A program made the position numbers and the translations under genes. Under the pieces are notes generated by a model. It ran no database searches. It had not been told where the DNA came from and worked only from the letters and a program-made list of their open reading frames with translations. Below are positions 1 through 12,491 of a stretch of DNA of 64,000 nt, piece after piece. This stretch comes from Octopus vulgaris (lineage: Eukaryota): NCBI GenBank assembly GCA_951406725.2, contig OX597822.1, positions 75,206,001-75,270,000 of the forward strand, in the 5' to 3' direction. The number at the start of each line of letters is the position of its first letter. Positions within the stretch are counted from its first letter, which is position 1.

Positions 1-889
1 TGTTGTTTTATCAAGCAGTAGGCTTTTTCACGAACTTAACAAATCAGAGGTTGTCATTTTTTCAAGTTATTTATTCGTACGTAATCGTAAAAAGGAAAGG
101 TCTGTTTTTACCTATTTATAGAGAACTTTAACTAGGCAAAGTATAACACTGATCGAGCCGATAACAGTTACTACTTCAAGGTTTTGTATTAGTGTTAGCA
201 TTTACACATAGGGTATTTACATATCGTGTAGGACCTTACACGATGTCACTTTTGAAAGCAAAGATAACAGTCTCACAAAACTACTCACGGTTTCTATCAT
301 TCCGAGAGACTAGGGTAACACTTTCAGTAGTATTTCTTGAGAGGTGTTGAAGATCGTTCTGCAATTTTTTGGCCTTGTAATATATCCTCTCTCAGTGATA
401 ACTAGAAGCTGACCAGTGCCAAATCGAAGAAAACATTCGCAGACTGAGTTACCGAGGCATCTCTATTTAGTGTAAATCTCGTGTTGGAGAGACGTGCAAA
501 CAGTTTGCTTGAGCAAGTGCTGTCAATCGAAAGCTCTGTATATCGGCTGTCAGAAGGTTTCAAGGGTCATCAGGAGAGAATGTACCCTCTATCAAGGCCT
601 TCTCCTGGGAGACTTTACTGCGCACCGGCTCCTATCCGCCTACTGGATCGATTGACTAGTATCCGATCTTAGATATCTAAACTCATCAGTAGGTATAATT
701 TTAGGGATGACCGATAGGATTTACTTGAAATCACAACCCCGCCACCCAAAAACGTCAAGATTGTGACTCCACTTATAAGTGTAGCGTTACCTTTGAGATC
801 TTGTAACGTGCGATTGAGAGCTTGTAATACATCTCATTCTTTCAGGTTGGCTTACTCCAGAACCCCTACTAGTGCAGATCCTTTACCAA

Positions 890-1100
890 TATTGGTTTCA
901 GAATTTGGCACAAGGCCAGCAATTTATGATGAGGGGTTAAATTTATTCCATCGACCCCAGTGTTCAAATGGTACATAATTTATCGACCTCTAAACGATGA
1001 AAGGCAAAGTCGACCTCGGCGGAATTTGAACTCAGAACGTAAGGACGGACGAAATGCCGCTAAGTATTTCGCTCGGTGTGTTAACGATTCTGCCAGCTCG
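890..1100 (-). mobile_element. SINE family A
   Basis: Reverse complement of the family A consensus. Confidence 0.8.
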
Positions 1101-1987
1101 TGCCTTCTCAATTGCTAATATTGCACTGTCATTGTGCATGGTTGATTACTCTCAAAAACAGAATAATGTGTTCCGTCACAAATGAGCTAAGTTCTCAGCA
1201 GTTCCTGATGAGACTTCAACAATAGCAATCTACTTCAGTAAGCGAACTTTGTCAAAATTAGTTGATCAAAAATGTTTTGCCTGTTCTATCTAAATCACCA
1301 GGAAAAATTTATTTCTCACAAATCTGATGTCACTGTTGATTGATCTGACACCGAGTGATATTAGGGCCACAACCTAAATCCTCGGTGAAAATCCTCGGAA
1401 TGTCTGTTTCGGCAACCGACGGCTCCTCGGTCGTTCTGTCCCTGCGTCTGCGGACAATTTGCGGCAAACAGGATGTCTCTACATGCGGGATTGTTGGAGA
1501 CCGCTTGTGAAATTCATATTTCCACGAAACTTCTTCCACTGCCATGGTTCGAGATGCCTCGAGGGTGGTAGAAGAAGCCGACTCAGCCCGCCCAGGGTGA
1601 ATGTCGCTACAAGTACAAGTATGTAAGTACCAAATTTGCTGTAGATCAGTTGGTGATCAGACACAGAAAATAACAGCGAAGATGTTTCTCATCTTGATTG
1701 CAGACTACAACACGGCAACCGCTTTCAATATAACGTTCCAGCTTGCTCTATTTTTCAACGAGGCATCTTCTGGAGGAAAATTCGCAATATACTCCACTGA
1801 CATATCAACCAGCAATTTTGATTTTCTGGATTGAGGTTGAACTCCGAACACTGTGCAAGATCAGTCTGAGAAGTAAATATCCATCTATCCATTTTTCTCT
1901 GCCTACTAATCCCCCTAAGAGGGTCGTGGGGTAGAGTCCTCAAGAACTCCCTCTATATGGTCCTATCAGAATCGCTATCGTCATTAG

Positions 1988-2395
1988 GGCGGTGAGCTGG
2001 CAGAATCGTTAGCACGCTGGACGAAATGCTTAGCAGTATTTCGCCCGTCGCTACGTTCTGAGTTCAAATTCTGCCGAGGTCGACTTCGCTTTTCATCCTT
2101 TCGGGGTCGATAAATTAAGTACCAGTGAAACACTGGAGTCGATGTAATCGACTTAATCCCTTTGCCTGTCTTTGTTTGTCCCCTCTATGTTTAGCCCCCG
2201 GTGGGCATTAAAGAAATAAATATATTTTTTCGTCTGTCTTTACGTTCCGAGTTCAAATTCCGCCGAGGTTGACTTTGCCTTTCATCCCCTCGGAGTCGAT
2301 AAATTAAGTACCAGTTGTGTACTGGTGTCGATCTAATCGATTGTTCCCCCCACTCCCTCCATAATTTCAGGCTTTGTGCCTAGAGTAGAAAAGAA
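1988..2395 (+). mobile_element. SINE family A (tRNA-derived), two tandem copies
   Basis: ggcggtgagctggcagaatcgttagc...gagttcaaatt...gactttgcctttcatcctttcggggtcgataaattaagtaccag. About 20 copies in the window. Confidence 0.85.
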
Positions 2396-2896
2396 TCGTT
2401 ATCATCATTACTCATTCAGGCTGGATTCCTAAGCGTGGCCAACTGAGACTCTGGATATCAGCCGACCGTCTCGTTCCTGGCCTACTCCAAGGTATCCTAT
2501 CAGTTGACCCAGCTTGAAGAATCCGTCTTGCGATCCTTTCCCGCGACATTCTGTAAGTCCGTAATACCGGATCAGTATCCTCTCAATGTAAAGAAGCAGC
2601 GGCTTGACCAGGAGAGATACCCTGATCACCAAGCTATCGAGTAACATTGCGCCAGGGACCCTTTCGAAGAACCCCATTCCAGCCGCTTGTACTGGTGATC
2701 GTACACTTTCAGTCCTTAATCAACAGCCATAACTGTAGAAGAGAATAAGCACGAAAATCGAATTCGATTATGTAAATACTTTATTCAAATGCCTCATTTA
2801 AAAAAATATGTCTTCAAAAACGCGATTTTAAATAACATGGAAGATTGTGTCATATTGAAATTTATATATTGATACATTGATACCAAGGCATAACTA

Positions 2897-3306
2897 TACA
2901 AGTGTGACTCCCTCGACTTTGTTTCCTCATGGCTTTCAGAAAAATGGATATGTTTTTAATGAAATTATCTACAAATACTTTTCATATGGTGTAGGTTACG
3001 ATTATATATGTATTTAATGAGAAAAAAACCCCCAAATAAAACATTACGAAAACATTAGTGAGCGTGCACACATACTTACCTACACGCATCACATATATAT
3101 CTATTAACAAAATGCAACATGATGTCTTGAAAAAGTATGTGATGTATCTCGGTATGTATGTATGCGCGCGCACCATTTTTTTTTCAGTAAATTTCGTTAT
3201 AATCGTAACCTACAGCATATCAAACATATCTGTAGAGAATTTCATTAAAAAAAATCCATTTGTCTGAAAGTTATGAGGAAACAAAGTCGCAAGGTGCACG
3301 CTTGTA
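2897..3306. mobile_element. MITE with ~110-bp imperfect TIRs and TA flanks
   Basis: 2897-3006 (tacaag...cgactttgtttcctcat...gtaggttacgattata) is the reverse complement of 3198-3306. Confidence 0.75.
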
Positions 3307-3691
3307 TAGGTATATCTACATCAAATTACGTAGACTTAAATGTTCTGCTGGCATCTCGAAGCATACTAAGAGATGATTATATTTCACACGAAGTGTATAG
3401 ACAATATATATCAGAACGCTGTCGTTATCAAATTCCTCATTTAAAAATCATAAGTTAGTTGGCGGCTTCCTTCAAATAACATTGAAGATAGAAATTAATT
3501 AATTCTTCCATTGTTTCACGTTTAAGATTATTAATATTTCTTAAATCTACAGACATTGTACTCTATTAATCGGACTTTTAATATTTATATCTGAAATCCA
3601 TTCAAACTTAAATATCTTAGAAACAAATTTAAATGTCAACCAATGAAATGGTAAATGGTTTTCTCCCATCTTATGCAATATTTCAAACCGC

Positions 3692-3694
<3 letters not shown>

Positions 3695-3747
<53 letters not shown>

Positions 3748-3813
3748 TCTGTGTGTGTGTGTGTGTGTGTATGGGTATATATATGTATATATATATATAT
3801 ATATATACATATG

Positions 3814-3858
<45 letters not shown>

Positions 3859-3897
3859 TTATATATATATATCTATCTATATATATATATATATATA

Positions 3898-3961
<64 letters not shown>

Positions 3962-4041
3962 CATATATATATGTATGTATGTATAAATACACACACGCAT
4001 ATTGTTGTCTTTGGAAACACAATAAATACTTACATTCATAC

Positions 4042-4123
<82 letters not shown>
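3695..4123. repeat. Compound (TA)n/(TG)n microsatellite
   Basis: Seen directly. Confidence 0.95.
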
Positions 4124-4125
<2 letters not shown>

Positions 4126-4432
4126 TTAGGGATAGTTTTTGAAAAAAACAAAAGACGAAGACACGTGGTGTACAAAACAAACAGATGTATTAGTATAACG
4201 CTCAAGAATAGAAAAACTCTTTTACGTTTCGAGCCTACGCTCTTCTACTGAAAGGGACACAGAAAAAACAAGGAGAGAAAAAAATGTGTGTAGTGGCCAA
4301 CGATCTATCATGGCGTCTCTATATATATATATATATATATATATGATTTAACTGGGGCCCTTTTGCCCTCTTGGACATAATGAACCACAACAAATAACAT
4401 TGATGAGGAACATTCTTCCACTGCCAAACGTA

Positions 4433-4524
4433 CGTCTCACCGATGACGGGTTACCCAACTTACAGAGTCTTCGCTCGATACCATACCCCAATAGCTGGGA
4501 TATCCCAGAAACAGCTGTCGGATG
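4433..4524 (+). ncRNA. Degenerate hammerhead-like motif related to the 57.7/58.1-kb copies
   Basis: CGUCU..CCGAUGA-CGGG...UCCCA-GAAAC-AGCU-GUC^GGAUG with an enlarged stem II region. Confidence 0.4.
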
Positions 4525-4815
4525 CAATTTTTTTTGCCTTTTTTTACCGTTCGTTAAGTAACTAAATTTTAGATTGAATTAAATGAAATTAAATATCCTT
4601 GTCCTGCATCGCCTAATTGTTAGCCTTTCCTCACTACTATATATATATATATATAATGGAGAAATTGTACAAAATGTATAAATGGATGATGAGTAAAGGA
4701 CCGGCTCAGCTTCGATTACCTGTTGTTATGCGTAGATTTACTGCAGGAACTTCGTAGTGGTGGTTGGGGTAACAGTATTAATATAATAGATGGAATGTGT
4801 AATAGACTTTATTGA

Positions 4816-4857
4816 GTACAACACATGTTTCGACCCGTTCTGGGTCTCTTCAGGTAC
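4816..4857 (-). ncRNA. Type-I hammerhead ribozyme motif (canonical core)
   Basis: Minus strand reads GUAC-CUGAAGA-GACCC(AGAAC)GGGUC-GAAAC-AUGU-GUU^GUAC, with intact core, 5-bp stem II and 4-bp stem I. Confidence 0.7.
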
Positions 4858-5541
4858 ATCAATAAAAAGTCTCACTAGAGATTTCTTGAGTCGGTTTACG
4901 TACCGCTATATCTCCACACCAAATTTGAGAATTGCATCAAATTCGAGAATGAGTAAAATCAGAGAAAAATTAAACATATATTACGGTGATCAGACTATCG
5001 GATGTTGTTATACACCGCTGGTCCCATTGCGCTTCGCATACTTTAGCTTTCGAATGATGCCATCCCCTCTGGTTAAGCGGGCAGGTCAATATTTCCCCAC
5101 CTCACCTCCATCCCCATTTCCGAACGGAACGTCAGTATGTCACAGGGACACCCGTTTACAACCGAGTAGACTGCAGCAGCAACGTGAAATGAAGTATTTT
5201 TGCTCAATAACACAACGCACTGTCGGTCTTGGAATCGAAACCGCGAACTCCCTAACCACTTGGCCACGCACATTCACGCCAGAAATATATAAATGTTATT
5301 AATGTCTCCCCTTTTCTCATTACAAAAAGCTTCTCGTCTTCCTTATTCTAGCACACACACACACACACACACACATGTAGGCGCAGAAGTGGCTGTGTGG
5401 TAAGTAACTTGATTACCAACCACATGGTTCCGGGTTCAGTCCCAGTGCGCGGTACCTTGGGCAACTGTCTTTTACTATAGCCTCGGGGCGACCAAAGCCT
5501 TGTGAGTGGATTTGATAGACAGAAAATGAAAGAAGCCCGTC

Positions 5542-5583
<42 letters not shown>

Positions 5584-5889
5584 CGGGAAGCTTTATGAAA
5601 ATAAACAAAAGACGAAGGCAGGTGGAAAACAAACGAACAATGGTATTAGTATGGCGCTCAGGAAATATAAATAAAACAAGTCTTTAACGTTTCGAGCCTA
5701 CGCACTTCAACAGAAAGATACACAGAGAGAGAAAAACACAGAAAGAAGGAGAGAAAAAAATGCGTGCAGTAGCTAACGAATCAACATGGCGATCTGATTT
5801 CGGCCAGAGGTCAAAGATCAAACATGAGACGCGAGAGCGAAATAAGGGGAGATAATAGGGTTGATAAAAGGGTTGAGGGACCAGCTAAT

Positions 5890-6200
5890 AGTGCGTAGGA
5901 GGGGTCTGGATGTGTGTATGTATAGGGTTGGTGTATGTATTAGTATGTATAAGGGTGCGTGTGTGTGTGTGTGTGTATGAGAGAGTATTAGTGCGTAGGA
6001 TTGGTCTGGACGTGCGTATGTATGGGGTTGGTGTATGTATTAGTATGTATTAGTACGTATTGGTATGTATAAGTGTGTGTGTGTGTGTATGAGAGAGTAT
6101 AAGTGCGTATGCGGGGTCTGGACGTGTGTATGTATAGGGTTGGTGTAAGTATTAGTATGTACTAGTATGTATTAGTACGTATTAGTATGTATTAGTTGGT
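5890..6200 (+). repeat. ~100-bp minisatellite, three copies
   Basis: agtgcgta...ggtctgga.gtg.gtatgtat.gggttggtgta.gtattagtatgt repeated three times. Confidence 0.7.
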
Positions 6201-6257
6201 GTGTGTATTAGTATGGCACATCATATGTGATGTGATGTGTAAAGTCATGTGGTGTAG

Positions 6258-6547
6258 TGAGGAGAAGAGGGGGAGGGGAGAAGAGGGGGAGAAGGGGAGG
6301 GGAAGAAGATAGGGAGGGGGAGAAGAGGGGGGGGAAGAGGAAAGGATGGGGGAGAAGGAAGGGGAGGAGGGGGATGAAGGAGGAAAGAGGGAGAGGGGGA
6401 GATAGAAGGGGAGAGAGGGAGTGAGGGAGCAGAGGGAAGGGGAAGAGAGAGGGAGAAAGAGGGAAGAAGGGAAGGGGAGTAGGGGTGAAAGGATGAAGGA
6501 CTGAAGAAGTAGGGGTCGGGGGAAAGGAGAGGTGAGGAGGGGGAGAG
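6258..6547 (+). repeat. GA-rich polypurine tract
   Basis: Almost only G and A for ~290 bp. Confidence 0.85.
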
Positions 6548-6813
6548 TTGAGACCAAATGGCGTATAAGAGCGAAGATATATATATATATATATATATAT
6601 ACTCTTTTACACTTTTACTAGTTTCAGTCATTTGACTGCGGCCATACTAGAGCCTGTGTTTAGTCGAGAAAATCGACCCCAAGACTTATTCTTTGTAAGC
6701 CTAGTACTTATTCTGTTGGTCTCTTTTGCCGAACCGCTAAGTTACGGGACGTAAACGCACCAACATCAGTTGTCAAGAGATGTTGGGGGGTGACACACAA
6801 ACAAATACACACA

Positions 6814-6895
<82 letters not shown>

Positions 6896-7832
6896 CGACG
6901 GACTTCTGATATATAAATTGAGGAAAAGAAATCCTTCAAAGGGGTATGTTAAACATCCAATTCACTGGTACCAAGTGACTATATATATAATGGAACTGTG
7001 ATTATGTATATCAGAAAATAATATATACCAGTCGAAACAATTTGTTGGCCTTTTATGGTTTTTATAATTATTTATGTTATATAATATTATGTTATGTTAT
7101 ATATTATATTCATAGTATTTAATGTAATATAAATGAATTATTGGATCGTCAATAGAATATCTCTACATTTAATTTATCTTTATAATTGAATTATACCAAT
7201 ATTTATATGGTATCCAACTGACGAACCGGTGAATTGGATGTTTAAGAATCTTCTTTGAAGGATTTCTTTTCCTGAGTTTCTTACTTTATATACATATAAA
7301 TATATATATATATATATGTACAAAGTAAGATAGGGGTTATGGGTGTAACTCACTATGGGATAGCATTTATCCAATATACTGGCGGTAAAGTACCCAGATT
7401 CTTAATACATAAATGTTTTAATTGCAATGCAATTAACTCGTTTATTGTATTAAACGGGTGAAGGTAAAGAAATATTTTTACCGTAAATTCATAATACAAA
7501 TAAGAAAATGGAGAAACAAATTTAGTTTGTTCATCAACTTTCGGATATTATAATGTTGGATTATTTATTCATTTAACAAAATGAGAACAAATATATAAGT
7601 AATTTCAGAGACAGAACCACCTTCAACTCAATCAACACTGAAAGGTTTTATACCCACCACTCCATAAAATGTTAAAAATTAAATCTCATACTAACTATAT
7701 TCTGAATCCTGTATTTTCCGTTTATAAGACTACACGTGTTTCATGTAAGTACGTCGGTATTGATTAGATACAAGGTATCTAGTTTCAATACTTACTCGGG
7801 TCGACATACTTCCTAATAATTATAATATTCCC

Positions 7833-7889
<57 letters not shown>

Positions 7890-8499
7890 TGATGATGATG
7901 CACACACACACACGCACACATATAAACGAAGATAGGTAAATGTGTACTTACAGAAATCGACAATTACCTGTTCAAGAATGTTTTAACATATATTTCTATC
8001 TATTTCAATGAATTTGCATGAATAGTTAGATATAATGTTAATCATACGCCTATTTGAATACATCTGTTTATCTAAATCTACTTTAGAAGCAGGCTTCTCG
8101 ACCTCAGATACATGTGCCGTTCAGGAGGTAATTATTTCTATGTATTTAAATGTTTAGCGAGATAAATATACACTTCGTTTTAACAACTCCAAGGAAGCTA
8201 TTAGCTGGTTGTCATAATAAAACTCAGTTTCGGATGGCGGAGCAGACTTCAGCCCTGGCATCCGAAACTCTGAGTTTTATTATGATAACCAACTAATTGT
8301 TACACACACACACACACATATATATGGTCTACTCAATATATATATATATATATATACTCAAAACACGCTCCTACGAAACCCACTAGCACAAACAGAATCA
8401 TGCTCCATAAAGAGAGGGGAAAAAAGCACTCGTTAGGCGCGTCGAAGGACTTAATAAAAACTAATTAAAATACTCCCTCATATAACATCCACATTCAAC

Positions 8500-9560
8500 A
8501 ACAATGTGAACGCTGGAGTCGGGAAAACTTCATCTACAGACTAACATGAAAACCCCCACTGAAAATCAAAGAGCTGCGGAGGAAGAGTGGGTAATAAAAA
8601 AAATCAAACAGAACCCAAAACTGTCCTGTTCATATGCAAATAAGTACAGGACGGCTGTCTCATCCGTTGGTCCATTGATCGATGATAACGGCATTCTCCA
8701 ACATGATGCTAAAGAAATGGCAAAACTACTGTAGAAACAATACTGCTCTGTGTTTAGTGATCCCACTGATATTGGCGTAAGGAATGTGAACGAAGTCGAT
8801 TCCTAACATATAATCTCGGACACAACCTTTACTGCTTCAGACATCATAGTACCAATAAATGAGATCAAATACTATTCTGGTGTAGGCCCTGATAGATTAC
8901 CCGCTAGTCTCCTGAAGGAATGTAGCCACCAACTTGCAGTCCCTCTGACCAACCTTTGGAGTAATTCTTTAGACACAGGATATATACCGAAACAGCTCCT
9001 ATCCCAGTCTGTCATCCCGGTTTTCAATCAGGGAAACAGTTCCCTCGCAGTCAACTGTGTTTGGAAGGGTGATGAGCCACAAACTTCTAAATTCAAACCA
9101 GTATGGCTTTCGCCTCGGCAGGGACTGTCTAACACAGCTCTTACACCACATGATTGATATCCTTAAAGCCTTGGGATCAGATTCGAACTCTGATGTCATA
9201 TATATCTTAACTTCAGTAAAACGTTCGCTAGACTTGACCATAATATCCTACTGTCAAAATTGTCAAATGTTGAAATCTATCGAAAACTTCTACACTGGAT
9301 TGAGTATTTCCTGGAGAACAGAATACATGTGATCGGTGAAATCCATTCAAGCCCGGCAAAGTCACCAGTGGTGTTTCTCAGGAGACTGTCTTGGGCCCGA
9401 TCCTGTTTATAGTTTATATAAACGACCTTTCCAGCGTGGAAATATTTGCTGATGTCTCCAAGCTCCATAAAATTATCAATGAAGAAGGCCGAACTGAACT
9501 CCAGTAAGTAAATGGACAGGCAAAAACAAAATGCATTTTGGAAGAAAGGCTATGCCAAAA
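8500..9560 (+). mobile_element. Degenerate CR1/L2-group LINE reverse transcriptase fragment
   Basis: Frameshifted motifs GPDRLPASLLKEC..QLAVPL..LW..SL.TG.IP, NQYGFRLGRDCLTQLL, LGPILFIVYINDL, IFADVSKL. Confidence 0.8.
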
Positions 9561-9715
9561 CAACCATACTCTCTTCTCGAAACCACGAAGACATCGCAGA
9601 AACCAACTGATGAGGAAGTCAGCTGCGAATGTTCCTTGTATCGTGTTTTGTCTCCCTTTTCTATCCGTTGTTTTCGCCCAGTTTTCGTCTATTTTTCCCT
9701 TCTCTGTCTAACTTT

Positions 9716-9754
<39 letters not shown>

Positions 9755-9836
9755 AAACAAGGTGGAAAAAAGAGTACTCAAATACCAGTGGTAGAGTAAT
9801 ATGCTTTATTTTAAGCAGCAGAAAATTCAACAAAAT

Positions 9837-9876
9837 CTGTTACCATTTGAGTTTCTCGTTGCCGTTCATCAGACAG
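9837..9876 (-). ncRNA. Type-I hammerhead-like motif (left arm of palindrome)
   Basis: Minus strand CUGU-CUGAUGA-ACGGCAACGA-GAAAC-UCAAAUG-GUA^ACAG. Confidence 0.5.
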
Positions 9877-9888
9877 TTTTAGCAAAAA

Positions 9889-9926
9889 CTGTCTGATGAA
9901 CGGCAACGAGAAACTCAGAGTAACAG
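9889..9926 (+). ncRNA. Type-I hammerhead-like motif (right arm of palindrome)
   Basis: CUGU-CUGAUGA-ACG(GCAA)CGA-GAAAC-UCAGA-GUA^ACAG. Stem II is short and imperfect. Confidence 0.55.
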
Positions 9927-9967
9927 ATTTTTATATATATATATATGTATGTATGTATATATGCACT

Positions 9968-10114
9968 GCCGTGAAACCTAGATTTTCTACACCTGAAGCA
10001 TTTCGGTATTAGTCTGGATTTTGACAGTGTTGACAGCTCAGACCTCGGGTTGACCTCATATACAAGGACCTCATATACATATGCTTCAGGTATAGAAAAT
10101 CTAGGTTTCACGGC
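9968..10114. mobile_element. Small MITE with ~34-bp TIRs
   Basis: gccgtgaaacctagattttcta.acctgaagcat ... atgcttcaggt.tagaaaatctaggtttcacggc. Confidence 0.7.
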
Positions 10115-11194
10115 GGTAAAACCGTCGAGTGTGTTTAGCGAAGAGTAAAATATCCGAATAAAAAGACAAGGAAAGACTGTAGTGCATCTTTAATGAACAG
10201 TTACAAGTGTTTCTGTGCCAGTTCTGCATTCAACGTCTGTTCACGCAAAAGTTCAAGACAAAATTCGAATTTGAGTCTCTGGAATACAATACAAGAAGTT
10301 ATGATTTTTCGCAAGCAATACGCTGGGCCTTGTAAAACTATACAATTAATAGAGTTGAAAGAACAAGGGTAAAGGGTAAAGACCCACTTAGGTCATGAAT
10401 GACCATGGGTTTGCACCTAGAAAGTTTCCCTCCGAAGCACAAATCCACTCACAAGGTTTTGATCGGCCCAAGGCTATAGTAGAAGACTCATGCCCAAGGT
10501 GCCACGCAGAGGGACCGAACCCGAAGCAATGTGGTTGAAAAGCATGTATGTATGTATGAATGAATGTATGTGTGCGTTTAAAAAGGCCTAAATGCATACT
10601 GGAGAGAGAGAGAGGGAGAGAGAAGGTTTTTTGGGGGGCGGTGGAACAAAAGGAAGTCTTGCCATATTTGTTCTTCACTCGTTTATTACTGTTCTTTTTT
10701 TTATAATTTTAACTCATGTCCATTGTCCGTTAATCTTTCATCACACATCTGTGACCTCTTGAGAGACACTTTTCGTTCTCGTGTGTATCCTTGCTCCACT
10801 TTCTCCATTGTGCTCTTCCATAATTATGATAACGGAGTATCCTTTGCAAACAGTCCCAACGAAAGAAGCCTCTATGTGGTTGCTCAGCTTGCTAGAAATA
10901 GCAGATCGCTTACTGCTAATTATATGAAGCTCTGTACTGATCTGGTTCATGAATAAGAACGCAGAACGTCAGTCAGTCAGTGAATTCGTATTTCCTCGCC
11001 ACCAGAGCTTAGTAATATTATGTTTAATAGTGTTCTAATAATGGGTCATTGTTACTGTTAAACCAAGCACGCACGCACGCACGCACGTATATCAATATCT
11101 ATCTATAATTTATAGGTATATGTGTGTCCGAGCGTGTGTTTAGAAGGACTTATTGAAGGTTTAAAAAAGGGCTGAATTCATATCTGTTATCTTC

Positions 11195-11578
11195 TACTTG
11201 TTTCAGGCGTTTGACGGCGGCCATGCTGGGGCACTACTTTCGAGGAATTTTGAATCGAATGAATCGATACCAGTACTTTTTTTTAACTTTAAACGTGGTA
11301 CTTATTCTATCGTTTTCTTTTGTCGAACCACTAAGTTATGGGGACGTAAAAACACCAACATCGGTTGCCAAGCGGCATTGGGACATACACATATATATAT
11401 ATGTATATACAACAGGCTTCTTTCAGTTTCCCTCTAACCAAATCCGCTCACAAAGCTTTGGTTAGCCGGAGGCTTAAGTAGAAGACACTTGCCTAAGGTG
11501 CCACGCAGCGGGACCGAACCCGAAACAGTGTGGTTGGGAAGCAAGCTTCGTAACACACACTTACGCCCTGTGCCTATG
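11195..11578 (-). mobile_element. SINE family B, diverged
   Basis: Reverse-complement consensus match. Confidence 0.75.
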
Positions 11579-12456
11579 GCTTTATATGTATGTATAAATG
11601 GATGGATGTGTAGGGGGCGGTTAAAAAGGCCTAATGCAGGAGAGAGAAAGAAAGAGAGAGAGGGAGAGAGAGAGAGACTAGACAGAGTTCTTGTTTTTTA
11701 AAAAAGACGTGCTTGATCAGAACTGGCCTAGTATTAAACAACAACAACCAGTATACCACCACCACCGAGATGATGTGACTTCCGATTTCCATCAGTGAGT
11801 CTGCTTTCTTATTTTTGCGAAGAGTTGCTGATAGAAAATGTATCGTCATTAAGGTTATACATACTTCATAATCTTAAGAGGTTATTATTTATAATTTACG
11901 CGCGTGCGTACATACACTTGAATGCGGTTAGCCGTGTGTATGTGCATGTACGGCAGGCTAAGGTTTTAAGTTTGATGAGGGGTGGGCAATAGGGTGGGGC
12001 GCTGCGTATATGTAAGCAAAGCTGACCTGAATTGTGATTTAGGTAGAATTAGAACAACTAACTAGAAATATCAAGTGAATGAGAAAGAAAAAGAAAGAGA
12101 AACAGGAGAGAAAGCGAGAGAGAGAAGGGTGGAGTAAGCGTAGACGAAACAAATAGAAGCCTAGAATGAAAGAGAGAGAGGTTAAGAAAGAGTTATATAA
12201 ATTAGCAAGACTAGAAAGAAAGATAGAATTATACGAGAAGAACCGACAAAGAGTCGTGGAATATATATACTGCCAAGTTTTTAAAACTACTTCTCTAAGA
12301 GAGAACTAGTAGCGTGTAAACTGATTATTGTCTGGACGTATGTACTACTTATGAAAAATTTAACGAAGATATCCACTTCGATAAAGTTAAATAAATAATA
12401 TTTATAGCGAGAGAAATTTAATATTCCCCTCCTATGTTAGATAGATAGATAGATAC

Positions 12457-12491
<35 letters not shown>

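Noticed and set aside
1205-1240. CUGAUGA at 1205 (and at 9608) as hammerheads
   Set aside because: No downstream GAAA or cleavage triplet in register.
1988-2090. SINE heads as functional tRNA genes
   Set aside because: A/B boxes are present but there is no complete cloverleaf, and they continue into a shared SINE body.
370-2700. GC-richer segments between SINEs that look like decayed coding sequence
   Set aside because: Probably an old retroelement, but no motif could be recognised with confidence.
3547-4251. Long ORFs of [10 protein letters not shown] type (also ~26800-27700, ~55700-56730, ~58500-58930, ~62800-63450)
   Set aside because: Translations of microsatellites, which lack stop codons by composition.
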